Shown: in pieces, positions 23,850-36,069 of the stretch
How positions within the stretch are numbered: position 1 is the stretch's first letter
How the letters are laid out: every line of letters begins with the position of its first letter
DNA from: Octopus sinensis
Taxonomy: Eukaryota
Length of the DNA stretch: 64,000 nt
Reading direction: 5' to 3'
NCBI RefSeq assembly: GCF_006345805.1
Contig: NC_043002.1
Coordinates: forward strand, 19,344,001-19,408,000
Translations under genes and position numbers: made by a program
The notes under the pieces: model-generated
What the model was told of the DNA's origin: nothing
The model's input: the letters and a program-made list of their open reading frames with translations, nothing else
The model's database searches: none

Positions 23850-24420
23850 GACCTAGGTTAGAAACCGTTCTGCCTTTTCGGCTTACTGCGATTTTACCTC
23901 GTGTGTGAGACATCGCTTTCCCATAACATAAACACGTGTATATGATATAATATGAAAGAGAAGATCAAATTATAAAAGTAATATTACAAAATACTCATAT
24001 GATTAGGTAACATAGCAAAATCTAAAAGACTACCTCCGGAAAAAACCTTTTGCGTATGTTGTTTGGCAGAAATAACCACCGGACTGTTCTCCGACTCCAC
24101 GTCGTCAGCCATTTTCAATGTAGCGATAAAACGTGCTAGAGTGATCTGCCCCTGGCTGGTTCCATGACAACCGACGTAAATGTTCGATGCTATATTAATC
24201 AAAGACATTCAAGCGGATCCCATCCTGGCTTTTAATCCATACAGTGTATATAAAACAACGTTATTTAATGCAACCTTCCTTTTCCTTTTAAAGTGTTAGT
24301 GTGGGATTAAAAGTTTTCTTGTAGTTTGCGTGAGCGCATAGAAAATCTATCGCTAGTTCGTGTACCCGGTGAATTTATGAAGCTTGTGCTGTCCGCTGTT
24401 GTGTAGCTACAGGTCAATCC
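23850..24420 (-). promoter_or_regulatory. CpG-rich DPH1 promoter/5'UTR region
   Basis: High CpG density around and upstream of the ATG compared with the depleted introns. The TSS cannot be located from sequence. Confidence 0.55.
24034..24112 (-). CDS. DPH1: DPH1 coding exon 1 (MADDVESENSPVVISAKQHTQKVFSG, phase-1 end)
   Basis: ATG in AAAATGG context at 24112. GT donor at 24033. Splices in frame to the next exon. The N-terminus is poorly conserved, so assignment rests on frame, splice sites and CpG-rich promoter context. Confidence 0.75.
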
Positions 24421-24518
24421 TGGACAGACGGACAGACAGACAGATAGGTGGCTGGATGGGAATATTGACTGAGAAATAAATAGACAAACTGATGAATTAA
24501 TATTTTATTGGTATATGT

Positions 24519-25320
24519 GCGTAGGAGTGGATGCATGGTAAGTAGCTTGCGGCAATCTTTCGTCTCTAGTAGACCTTTCCGTCGATTTCCGTAAAAATTT
24601 TTTTTTTTTTTACATATGGGATTGCGGGAACTTTTGAAGTAATGAGAGCGAAAGAGACTAAGAGAAAGCGATTGTATGACGAGGGAAGTTCTTTTGAAGT
24701 TACCGTGCAAGGGAAGCATTGACGTACATGTGTGTGTTTGATGGGGTGTGGGAGACAGACAGTATGTTGTGTAAGTGAAGTGCTTCTGTTAGTGTGTGTG
24801 AAAGAAAGAGATAACTGAAATTTTTTACTCGGTATGTGTATATGTATGTATATTACTTCAAAAGTTCCCGCAAGCCCATATGTAAAAAAAAAAATTTTTT
24901 ACGGAAATCGACGGAAAGATCGCCTAGCTTGCTTATCAACCACATGATTCCGGGTTCGGTCCCACTGCGTGGCACCTTAGGCAAGTGTCTTCTACTATAG
25001 CCTCGAGCCGACCAAAGCCTTGTGAGTGGATTTGGTGGACGGAAACTGAAAGAAGCCCGTCGTATATATGTATATGTATATATATATATATGTATGCATA
25101 TGTGTGTATATGTTAGTGTGTCTGTGTTTGTCTCCTCAACATCGCTTGACTACCGATGCTGGTGTGTTTACGTCCCCGTAACTTAGCGGTTCGGCGAAAC
25201 AGACGGATAGAATAAGTACTAAGCTTACAAAGAATAAGTCCTGGGGTCGATTTGCTCGACTAAAGGCGGTGCTCCAGCATGGCCACAGTCAAATGACTGA
25301 AACAAATAAAAGAGTAAAAA
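24519..25320 (+). mobile_element. Full-length tRNA-SINE interrupted by a MITE
   Basis: Head gtaggagtgg..tggtaagtagcttgc|ttatcaaccacatgattccgggttcggtccc, internal (TA/TG)n, 3' ggcggtgctccagcatggcc..gtaaaagag. Confidence 0.9.
24551..24924. mobile_element. MITE, 374 bp, ~75-bp TIRs, GG termini, 8-bp TSD TAGCTTGC
   Basis: TSD at 24543-24550 and 24925-24932. Arms ctttccgtcgatttccgtaaaaa..gggattgcgggaacttttgaagtaat and their reverse complement. Confidence 0.92.
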
Positions 25321-25474
25321 TAGTAAAAGAGTATAACATATGTAGTTATAAAATGCTATATTCATGGTCAAGTATATTTAATCAGGCAATGATAATCAAG
25401 AAGGAATTTCCTTTTTTTAGTCGCGAAACCAAGAAACGAAAAGAAAAGTTACATAAAATAAAGAAACTGAAAAT

Positions 25475-26058
25475 AATCTTTTCTACTCTAGGCACAAGGC
25501 CCGAAATTTTGGGGAAGTGGGTTCCAGGCGATTAGATCGACCCCAGTTCACAACTAGTACTCTATCGACCCCGAAAGGATGAAAGACAAAGTCGACCTCG
25601 GCGGAATTTGAACTCAGAACATAAAGACAGGCGAAATACCTATTTCTTTACAACCCGCAAGTAGCTAAACACAGAGAGGACAAACAAGGACAGACAAACG
25701 GATTAAGTCGATTATATCGATCCCAGTGCGTAACTGGTACTTATTTAATCGACCCCGGAAGGATGAACGGCAAAGTCGACCTCGGCGGAATTTGAACTCA
25801 GAACATAGCGACAGACGAAATACCTATTTCTTTACTACCCACAAGGGGCTAAAAATAGAGGGGACAAACAAGGGCAGACAAACGGATTAAGTCGATTATA
25901 TCGATCTCAGTGAGTAACTGGTACTTAATTTATCGACCCCGAAAGGATGAAAGGCAAAGTCGACCTCGGCGGAATTTGAACTCAGAACGTAACAGCAGAC
26001 GAAATACGGCTACGCATTTCGCCCGGCGTGTTAACGTTTCTGCCAGCTCGCCGCCTTA
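25475..26058 (-). mobile_element. Trimeric SINE (184-bp core repeated 3 times behind one tRNA head)
   Basis: cgacccc at 25566, 25750 and 25934. Head ggcggcgagctggcagaaacgttaacacgccg. Confidence 0.9.
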
Positions 26059-26074
26059 AAGGGAGACTAAAAAT

Positions 26075-26420
26075 GTGGACAGCTTCGGTGTGGTAGGAAG
26101 CTTGCTTTCTAACCACATGGTTCAGGATTCAGTCCTTCTACATGACATGGTGGGCGAATGTGTCTCCTACTGTAACCTCAAGTCGACCTAACCCTTGTGA
26201 ATGAATTTATTTAGTAGACGGAAACTGAAAGAAGCCCATCATGTGTGTGTGTGTGACCACCACTTGACAACTGGTGTATGTGTATTTACATCTCCGGTTC
26301 GATGAAAGAGACCGCTAGAATAAATACTAGGCTTAACAAATAAGTCCTGAGATCGATTTCTTCAACTAAAACCCTTCAATGTGGTGCCCCAGCATTGCTG
26401 AAACAAATAAAAGAGAAAAG
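26075..26420 (+). mobile_element. Diverged tRNA-SINE, same family as 24519-25320
   Basis: tggtaggaagcttgctttctaaccacatggttcagg..gtagacggaaactgaaagaagccc..gtgccccagcat. Confidence 0.78.
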
Positions 26421-26466
26421 ACCTCGTGGTATGTTTATAAAAAGTTGTACCGCTGCGTAAAGTTTG

Positions 26467-26824
26467 GGCAGACGTAAAGAATGTGGACTCCACTTTTTTT
26501 TTTTTTAGTACGGAGATTCTGCAAAAAAAAAAAGACAAATTTTAAAATTTTAATTCTCCACCCACCAAATTCTTCAATTTTCACGTTTTTCAGAATTTTT
26601 TTTTTTTTACAATCATAATCTCCGTATTTTTCTACGTATTCCGCTAAGAAAATTTTCTGAAAAAAGTGAAAATTGAAGAATGGGGGTGGAGGGTAAAAAT
26701 TTTTAAATGCCATTTTTTATTTTTTGCAGAATAAATCTCCGTACCCGAAATTAGGGAGATTCTGTAAAATTTTTTTTTTTTTAAATAACGAAAGCGAGTG
26801 CGGTCCACATTCTTTACGTCTACC
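26467..26824. mobile_element. MITE, 358 bp, long imperfect TIRs, 9-bp TSD (taaagtttg/taaaatttg)
   Basis: ggcagacgtaaagaatgtggac ... gtccacattctttacgtctacc. Confidence 0.85.
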
Positions 26825-27539
26825 TAAAATTTGTCTATCATCCACATAATGACACAAAATCATCACAGTGAAGTGTGGGGTTCCGTGAAAGGATAGAAAT
26901 AAAAATTCTCTCTAGCATTCCTGTTTCAGAAAAAGTTCAAAATGTGTAGTGGGTAAGGAAAAGAAAAATGCTTAAATAAAAAAAAATTAATGAATTGGAT
27001 CCAAGAACAATAAACAAGCAATGACATAGAAACACATAGTCGTACAGAGTTTTCTCCCTTACATTATACGAGCCCTCGGTATTTTGATAGTTTTTCAATA
27101 TTTCCCGAGCGCTCACACATGACCATGTCTATAGTGTGTGTATGTGTGTGCATACATAAAACACACACACACAAATACACATATATGTATATGTAGCCTA
27201 TATATATAATTTTAAAATAGGATAAAATCTTTATAAGAAATTATCAAGTTGTTAGCGTGAAAAACCTTGTTAGGGAAAAATTTATTAATTATTCCCTTTA
27301 AATATATTTATTTATATTAAGGGCATTACTATACATAAATGCCTCGCGTTAGGAGGGACTCTTAAAATCAAAACTACCATAATAATTATTATAGTCCTGG
27401 TTTCGGGTCAGGACGGCTCTACTAGTCCCGTCGTTAGTAGATGGTATGGGTTCGCTCCTCTGCTCGCATGCCGCTGTGCATCGTTAACTAGTTAAAGGAG
27501 ATGTCCTCTTGGGTTTAAGGAATCGCAGTAGAGTCCGCT

Positions 27540-28220
27540 CGGATCTTTACCTTTTGACCTACAGATTTAAAAAATAATTTTTTGTAACTAAACACTTTCA
27601 AACTTCGGATACTGGTAGAATGTATCATATAAAACATGTTTTACTCCTAGCATTTTTGAGAAAAACTTATATTTACGAAGTAATTTCACGTTAAAGTAGT
27701 CCTAATTCGGCAATTTCAGCCAATCAATGACGTGTATTCAGTTGAATAAATTACTGCCGTTGTTTGTCAACAACAACTATCGGCTGTGTATTTTTCGTTT
27801 GTCACAGTTATTTATGACTTCGTTCGTGCGTTTGTACTGGTTTTAGCTTTAAGGTTTTTAGGGTTAGGGTTAGGGTTTTAGGATTAGGGTGTTAAAGTTA
27901 GGGTTTTAGGGTTAGAGTTTTAGGGTTAGGGTTAGGGTTAAGGTTGTCATAACGAAAAATACAGTGACAAACGAAAAATACACCGCCGATAGTTGTTGAC
28001 AAACAACAGCAGTAATTTTATTCAGCTGAATACGCGTCATTGATTGGTTGAAATTGCCGAATTAGGACTACTTTAACGTGAAATTACTTCGTAAATATAA
28101 GTTTTTCTCAAAAATGCTAAGAGTAAAAAATGTTTTATATGATACATTCTACCAGTGTTTGAAAGTGTTTAGTTACAAAAATTTATTTTTTAAATCTGTA
28201 GGTCAAAAGGAAAAGATTCG
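27540..28220. mobile_element. Foldback/MITE with ~280-bp inverted arms and a (TTAGGG)n-like core (27855-27945)
   Basis: The arms are near-perfect reverse complements with several small indels. No clear TSD. Confidence 0.9.
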
Positions 28221-28548
28221 GATCGCGGTTTCGATTCCCAGACTGGGCGTTGTGAGTGTTTATTGAGCGAAAACACCTAAGGCTCCACGAGGCTCCGGTG
28301 GTGGCGAACCCTGCTGTACTCTTTCACCACAACTTTCTCTCACTCTTTCTTCCTGTTTCTGTTGTACCCGTATTTCAAAGAGCCAGCCTTGTCACACTCT
28401 GTGTCACGCTGAATCTCCCCGAGAGCTACATTAAGGGTACATGTGTCTGTTGAGTGCACAGCCACTTGCACGTTAATTTCAGAAGCAGGCAGTTCCGTTG
28501 ATCGGATCAACTGGAACCCTCGTCGTCGCAACCGACGGAGTGCCGACG
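28221..28548 (+). mobile_element. 5'-truncated tRNA-SINE of a third family (central domain resembles Nin/Deu-type from memory)
   Basis: B box gtttcgattcc, then cactctgtgtcacgctgaatctcccc..gagtgcacagccacttgcacgttaatttc. The family label is unverified. Confidence 0.6.
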
Positions 28549-28557
28549 TATTATTTT

Positions 28558-28559
<2 letters not shown>

Positions 28560-28648
<89 letters not shown>
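28560..28648. repeat. (CT)n microsatellite
   Basis: Directly visible. Confidence 0.98.
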
Positions 28649-28928
28649 GAACAAGATCGGGAGTGGTCTATTTTCGTTAGTATGTAGGAAATAAAAGAAA
28701 AAAAAAGAATTGACAAAATTCATTATTGTTGCTATCCTTACCAACAATTCTTTATATTTCCGACACAAACTTCAATAAGTTACATGCACATTGCTTCGTT
28801 TGGATTCACCAAATTATAGTCACGACCATTGCAACTTCGACAGCTATGACATGTCAGTCTTTCGACAGGTTGTATGCACATCACTCCAGTCAAAGGCAAC
28901 AAATTGCAATTTCATTAATTATTGCGTA

Positions 28929-29316
28929 CTAGCAGTATCACCCGGCGTTGCTCGGGTTTGTAAGGGAAATAACTATATAAGCATTTTTAGAGATGTAAAG
29001 TATAATAGCCATCTCAATATGGCTAACCACAAAGGGGGGGGGGTTACTGTAGCTTTTTACGTTCTGAGATTTAATAATAAATTTTTAGAGAGTTACTTCC
29101 CTTATATATGCCAAAAATGGATTAAAAATGTGAAAAATTGATGGTAAATTGTTTTTAAAATCGTAGACTCATTGTAGACGCGCGCTAATACCCAGAAAGG
29201 CTCGATATGAATCACGACTATAAGATACCCGGTTTTGGTTAAACTGCACCGCAAAATGTGGGAGTAGTTAGGAATCTAAATCGTAGGAAACAGACAGCAC
29301 ACAACCTCACTTTTAT
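28929..29316 (-). mobile_element. Non-autonomous Helitron
   Basis: Minus-strand 3' end: hairpin cccgagcaacgccggg, 8 nt, then CTAG|T. The 5' TC end is not preserved. Confidence 0.72.
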
Positions 29317-30689
29317 TACTGTTAAAACTCCGTTACTAATAAGTCTCTTTTTTCTTTTTCTTTTTTTTTACTAATAAGTCTTACAAGCAATCAAGTATAG
29401 CAAAGTAAGTTCGAGGATTATCAAGTCATGAACCATTAGTAAGCGGTTTTACTTTTTTTATCTTTATTTTATTAATTAAAAAAAAGTCGTTCACAGGGAC
29501 CAACAAACTCTCTTCATTGTATGTATCTCTTTTCAGCAAATAAAAAATATTAATTATGTTAAAGCTGAATGAATAAACTCAGTATCGCTTCTTCCCAGTT
29601 CACAGTATCGCATCTTGTAACAGCTTTTCGCAAAACATATGCTTATTTTCTCTCCTTTTCCACCACAACAACGTTATCCACTTAAATCACTGATACACTT
29701 ATATTGGGTTGTTAGATAAATTCGTTCGTTTCCTTCTATTTCGCAGTCTATTTTCATATGTTTGAGAAAAGGTAAAATTTATTCCAATTTTGTTGTGTCT
29801 AGGGAGAGTCATTTTCTTTTTGTGCCTTATAATTTAACACACTCACCGGTAAAATTAACAGTTCAACAGAACTTTTCTCACAGTAAAACAATAGTTTTTC
29901 TGTGACAGCAGTTTTACATTTGCCAGATTGCCTTAGCTAGGCCGAAATAATGTCTTCACCACTTGGCCTTTTCTAACCTCTTCTATTTCACCAAAAGCTA
30001 GAAGAGAGATATCACAGCACTACCAACGAAGTCCATTGTTCTCAACGATATGTCTATCCTTCTGGTTAGTTGTAAAAGCAAGAACCCCAAGCAAAAACCA
30101 GTTAGTCATTTGGTGACGACTCAATGAGTTAGTCACTTTAGTGACAACTCTTGAGTTGAGAGAGAGCTAACATCAGTTAGTGAACCAACCACTAGAATCA
30201 TGGAATCAGGCAGACAAACGGCCAGAGGGAAAAAGAAAAACAACGTCCCACACTCTCTCACTCTCACTAGCTCTAATTCTGTTCTCTTACAACATCATTC
30301 TATCTCTCTCTGTAATTACTACTAAACAATGATGAGAACACAAACTGTGCAAGGAAAACCTACATCTAACTTTACTTCGCATGCTTTACGATTTTCATCC
30401 CCTGCCCGTCGAGGCAAGGTATTGTATAACGTAACGATAAAATAAATATTTCCTTAAAACTTCATGCATTGTTCATCTTTCACATCTTACAACATGCCGT
30501 TGCAAATAAATCTCAACCTTCGTCAAACAAATCTTCAAACGTTACATTTATTTCTGAAAATATACGAAGCACTGATGCTGATCATGGTTTAATCAATAAG
30601 CGTAGGAGCGAAGTAAATGCAGTAAAAATAGGACATTCCCAGGGATTAAGGGAGTTGCCGGTTTGAGTTTCATTATCCTTGCATCAACG

Positions 30690-30872
30690 GTCTAGGAGGA
30701 GTTAACGAATATAAAAACGCAACGACCAGACAAACATCACTCAAATTTATAACAGGACGAGCAAAATGCCCCCCGTCCAAAGGACGGTACTGAGTTGTCA
30801 AATATCTAAACCAAATTTTCTCAAAACAACTTGTCCGACCGTCCCATAGGCCGCCCCCTTTGAGAAACACTG
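30690..30872 (-). mobile_element. hAT-like element terminus
   Basis: The reverse strand begins cagtgtttctcaaagggggcgg (Charlie-type TIR). Partner TIR not found. Confidence 0.5.
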
Positions 30873-31060
30873 ATTTAACCTAAATTTGAGACACCAGAAA
30901 AAGACGGATTTCGACTGATATACTTGCGCGTACAAATGCACGTTCCCACGGCTCTATCGATCGCATTCTCACCTGGAATCGATTTTTGTAATTTTTTCAA
31001 GACTTATACACGCCCTGATACCGTTAGTATTAACCGCTAGTCATTCACTGGTCTGATTTA

Positions 31061-31400
31061 CCCTAAACCCTATTTCTAATGCTAAACTCTAACTCAAACA
31101 CTAAACATTAATTCTAATCCAAAACTCCAACCCTAACTCTAACCCTAATTCTAACCCTAAACCCTAATACTCACCCTAAACCCCAACCCTAATCTCTAAC
31201 TCTAAACCTTAATTTTTACACTAAACCCCAAACTTAAACCTTAACTTTAACCCTAAACCTTAATTCCAAACCTAAACCCTAACTCTAAACCCTTACCCTA
31301 AACTCCAACGCTAAATCCTAACCCCAAACTCCAACCCTAAACCCTAACTCTAAAATCCAACCCTAAACCCTAGCTCTAACCTTAGTTTATCTCTAACTTT
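31061..31400. repeat. Degenerate interstitial telomere-like (CCCTAA/CCCTAAA)n tract
   Basis: About 50 diverged 6-7-bp units. Confidence 0.9.
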
Positions 31401-31555
31401 GGTGTTTTGAATTTCCGCTATTGATTGTTTACATGAACTGAACTACAGTAGTGTAACATACAATTTGTTATTTCGTAATTTTCCGCCAAAAAAAAAAAAA
31501 AGTAGAAAAATTTCATAGATAATTTTTCCTTTTTATATTGCCTATTCCAACGTTT

Positions 31556-31638
31556 CACTTATATTTACGAAGTAATTTCACGTTAAAGTAGTCCTAATTC
31601 GGCAATTTCAGCCAATCAATGACATGTATTCAGCTGAA
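31556..31638 (+). mobile_element. Fragment of the 27540-28220 foldback arm
   Basis: atatttacgaagtaatttcacgttaaagtagtcctaattcggcaatttcagccaatcaatgac matches ~27669-27731. Confidence 0.88.
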
Positions 31639-32194
31639 ACTTCAAAACTTCTTTCATCTTTTGTCGTCGTTATATATTACTTTCGTTTTGTTTATCAAAA
31701 GTTATCACGCAGAAAATACCAGCTTCCAAATCCTGTTTTCTTATTAGGAAAAAATAATTAAACTTTAAACCTTTGGAGCATTTTTCAAAAATTTTTCTGG
31801 GACAAGAATTAGCGTGAAAAATTACATCGACATACCAAATTTGAAAATTTTCATTTATTTTTAAAATTTCAAAGAATGAAAGCCAAACAGAAAAGATCCT
31901 TCAAAAATATTTTACGATCCAATTTCGTGCATGCGCGATTCGTATTTAGATTTCCAGAGATAACGTTTAGCCATGGGTCAGAGTTTTCTATGTATCTGCT
32001 CGTGTACGCACAACTCTGAACATGTTTGTATGTGTGTGTGTGTGTGTAATAAAGCATGTCAGTCCACTTCACACCACTGATGCTATTCGAGAGAAAGCCT
32101 TAGAGCCTATACAGATTGGCTCCAATGTCATTCTAAGCGTTGCTGTAAGAATGCAGAGGACAGCTCTAACAGTTCCGCCAAACCATCGCTTTGG

Positions 32195-32353
32195 ATTGGA
32201 TTGAATTGGATTGGTACTTTTTTTTTATCGACCTTAAAAAGTGAAAGGCAAAATCGACCTTGGTAGGATTTGAACACAGAGCAAAGAGAGTCGGAACAAA
32301 TACCATGAGATACTCTTTCCAACGTCCCAACTACTCTGCCAATTCATCACTTT

Positions 32354-32387
<34 letters not shown>

Positions 32388-32645
32388 GCACGCACGCACA
32401 CACACACACATACACATGCACGCACACGCGCGCACGTACGTACATATGCATATATATTTGTTTATGTATGTATATATACTACGCATACATACTTGTGTAT
32501 GTAATACATACATATGTGTAAGTATGTGTATACATACATATATACATACATACATATATATGTGTGTATGTATACGTATACATACATACATACATACATA
32601 CATACATACATACATACATACATTTATGTATGTACTCACACACAC
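32195..32645. repeat. Decayed SINE head (minus, 32195-32345) followed by compound (CA)/(TACA) microsatellite
   Basis: aaggcaaaatcgaccttggtaggatttgaac core, then simple repeats. Confidence 0.75.
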
Positions 32646-33419
32646 AATTATCTACTGTTGTAACCACTATGCATCCATTTTTTTCCTTCGGGTTCTTGTT
32701 ACTGTTGTTGATGTCAAATTTTATTCAACGAAACAAAAACGTTAAAATCATAACAAATATTGAATTTTAAAAAATTGAGAAAGCACAGTTGATTAGTGAC
32801 TAATCAAAGGAGAACTGCCTCTGAGCTATGTATTGTCAATTGGACTGAATGTTCGCTGATAAAATTAGTTGCAATCAAGAAGAAACACAGACAGACGATA
32901 ATCTATCACTAAATTTCTAGTTTCTTTCTCTTACTGCGATTACAATCTCGGCAATGAAATAACCTACCTATGATACATGAATCGAATGATTATCTCTGGT
33001 TTCTTGTGCTCTATATGTATAAAAGAAACACATGCCCATTAAACAGTAATACCACCCTCAACTATATCATTAGCCTCAGTCAAAGATCAAGGATACAAAG
33101 AACCAATAATAAATACTGAAGAGAAGCAATTGTTGCGATTCGACTAAGACCATCTATATTTTGATCACTACCAGAAACTACAGACACATACCGATAGGAT
33201 ATTGGGAAAAAGCCACGACCCAAACTTCTGTATTCGTTAGACAAAATCCATGTATATCTCAGTATACAATATGGTCATTCGCAGAGCTGGTTGAACGTAC
33301 TAGCAACTTAAGCAGTCATCTGGGGCACCATGTATTTGGAGGCGTCACGTCATGTGTTTGAAATATTCCAAGAAATACTTAGGGTAACATAAAGAAATAA
33401 TGCAAAAAATAAAGTGGTA

Positions 33420-33560
33420 TTATTCGAAAGCTACAACAATGCGAAATGGACAATAAATTTTGAAAAATCGAAGGCAACAAAGATGTTAGTGTGTTATTTA
33501 TTTTATCTATTTGTCCTAATATTTCGGGACTAAACTCCCTTTGTCAGAAGACGAGTGAGA
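33420..33560 (-). mobile_element. Penelope-like terminal sequence with hammerhead-like motif
   Basis: Reverse strand gtcttctgacaaagggagtttagtcccgaaatattaggac. Confidence 0.4.
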
Positions 33561-33699
33561 GAAACTGTTCAGAGCAGTGTGACTCTGTTGTTATAGGCTC
33601 ACCATCTTGTTGCATTTAATACTTTTTATACGTCTGCTGTTTGAAATGTTTTTAAAATTTAAGTAAATTTTTAAAAAATTATCGATCAATGACGTTAGA

Positions 33700-34020
33700 A
33701 ATTCTTGTCAACCCAGAGCACCAAAAATTCCTGGAGTCGGTCCTGGTCCTTCGGTATGTAGATGCACGGTATATCTGGAATGTTAGATATGTAGATGGCC
33801 TCCTTGTGGTGCCAGAATCTACTCAATCAGAACTGCGTTGGGCATTAACAAAAACCAAAAGCAACAGTAACAATCTTCTTAGAGTCAGATGACTTCAGCC
33901 TTTGAGAGTTTGGCAGCTCGCATCACCGAGGTGTCAGGTGATGCTCGTGAGGGTGCTTAGCTTTCCCAACGCCTCACCATCGCCCATGGTAATGCTGCGA
34001 GATTACTGGCTTGCTTCAGT
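33700..34020 (+). mobile_element. CRE-clade non-LTR retrotransposon C-terminal remnant
   Basis: LAARITEVSGDAREGA*LSQRLTIAHGNAARLL, a GDxRE..FL.QRLS.A..GNAA-type motif. Confidence 0.68.
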
Positions 34021-35157
34021 AAGTTCCATTAAACCTTGTGGTGTGTGACCAGTTGGTTTGTAAAAAAAAAATTAAAATTCCCTACAAATGTTTTCAATAC
34101 AGTTTAAACACAAAGATTGGGAAGAATTAGATGAAAGTTCTCCAGTAATTTTCTTTCATGTAAATAAATGTTTATGTTAATTTAAAAATTTGCCAGCAAA
34201 ATCTTATAAAATGACAATGTTCTTAAAGATGTACATGTTTATATGAAAATAAAATTTTCTTTAGTTTTAAAGAATGCAATGCATTTTTGGTGACGGAATA
34301 TCTCCACCATCTTCTGTTTGTCTGCTGCTTTTTATTTTCAACCCAGGCATCAAGTTTTCTCAGGAAGACGTAATGGTAACTATAGAGACGCGGAATGAAG
34401 AGAAGGATATAGTATTAACTGTTGTAGATAAACCCCTTATTACCGTATGATATATTACATGGTATTACAACACATCATCAATCATCACACATATATATCT
34501 TCAGCCATCGTACTCAGCCTTTAATTAGAAACTGAGACACAGTTTCAATGACAAAATTAACGGAAATACTTGCGAACTCTCTTTCCAATGAATAACCATT
34601 CACTGGGGTGGTTTCGTTGCTTTTCACAGACCCAAGGTTGTAAAGTGGTTAAACATAGCATGGCGATCTAACGAATCCAACCCTCTTGTTATCATATTTC
34701 TGTTGAGATGCTCTGTATTTCTTTTACTTAATTTTAAATATAACAAAGAATTTAGTAAAATAACTTACTTATCATTAAGCTAGTATTAGTAACGTAAATT
34801 GTGACTAAGGTTTGGTGGAAGATTTTAATTCAGAACTTTTGAAAGGATGACATTTGTACTGCAGAGCCAGAGACGCTTTCAATCGGATTGGTATCAAACG
34901 GGTTAAAGCAATGATAGGAAGCGGACCAAAAGCTCTCATACTACTTATATTTGTAGGTTGTGACTCTCACACAGTGCCTGTTTACAGTTAGATGAACAGG
35001 AGATTAATTAAATGGTTTCGCTACTGACACAGCGTAACTTTACGCCAACTAATAACCACATTTTGACAAGTTGAGGTTTTACGGAAAAGAAATAAAATGG
35101 AAAAATCAGCCTAATTCTTGGTTATTAATGTTTTCATTCTGACAACTAACTTTTTTA

Positions 35158-35727
<570 letters not shown>

Positions 35728-36069
35728 CAAAGTACAATGAAAATCAAGTACAACGCAGCAGGACTGTAACAACCTGTAACATAATCCACTCAGTTTACGT
35801 TACACAAACCTTTAAAGATGGAAGCACCTAATGAAAGAAAACAAATCAACTTGAGGCTTTGCTATGCACTGCACACCTTAACCATAAATCACAAACATAA
35901 TCTTAAACCCTAAACCCCTCATCTAATCCCTTGATGGTATCTATTAGCTGATATGGAAACAAATACAAATGGTGGATTTTCTGCATTGGAATGGTTTGAT
36001 TGGCTAAAATTATTAAAAAAAAATTAATCTTTGGAAATTCGTAACTATATTATTATTATTATTGATTTG

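Noticed and set aside
24300-24420. First exon of a divergent plus-strand gene (bidirectional promoter)
   Set aside because: No ORF or convincing donor, no downstream exons recognised, and 24-64 kb lacks gene-body CpG depletion.
27385-27440. Third hammerhead-like motif (reverse strand ctaacga..cccgaaaccaggac)
   Set aside because: The core is too degenerate, there is no NUH cleavage triplet, and stem I is poor.
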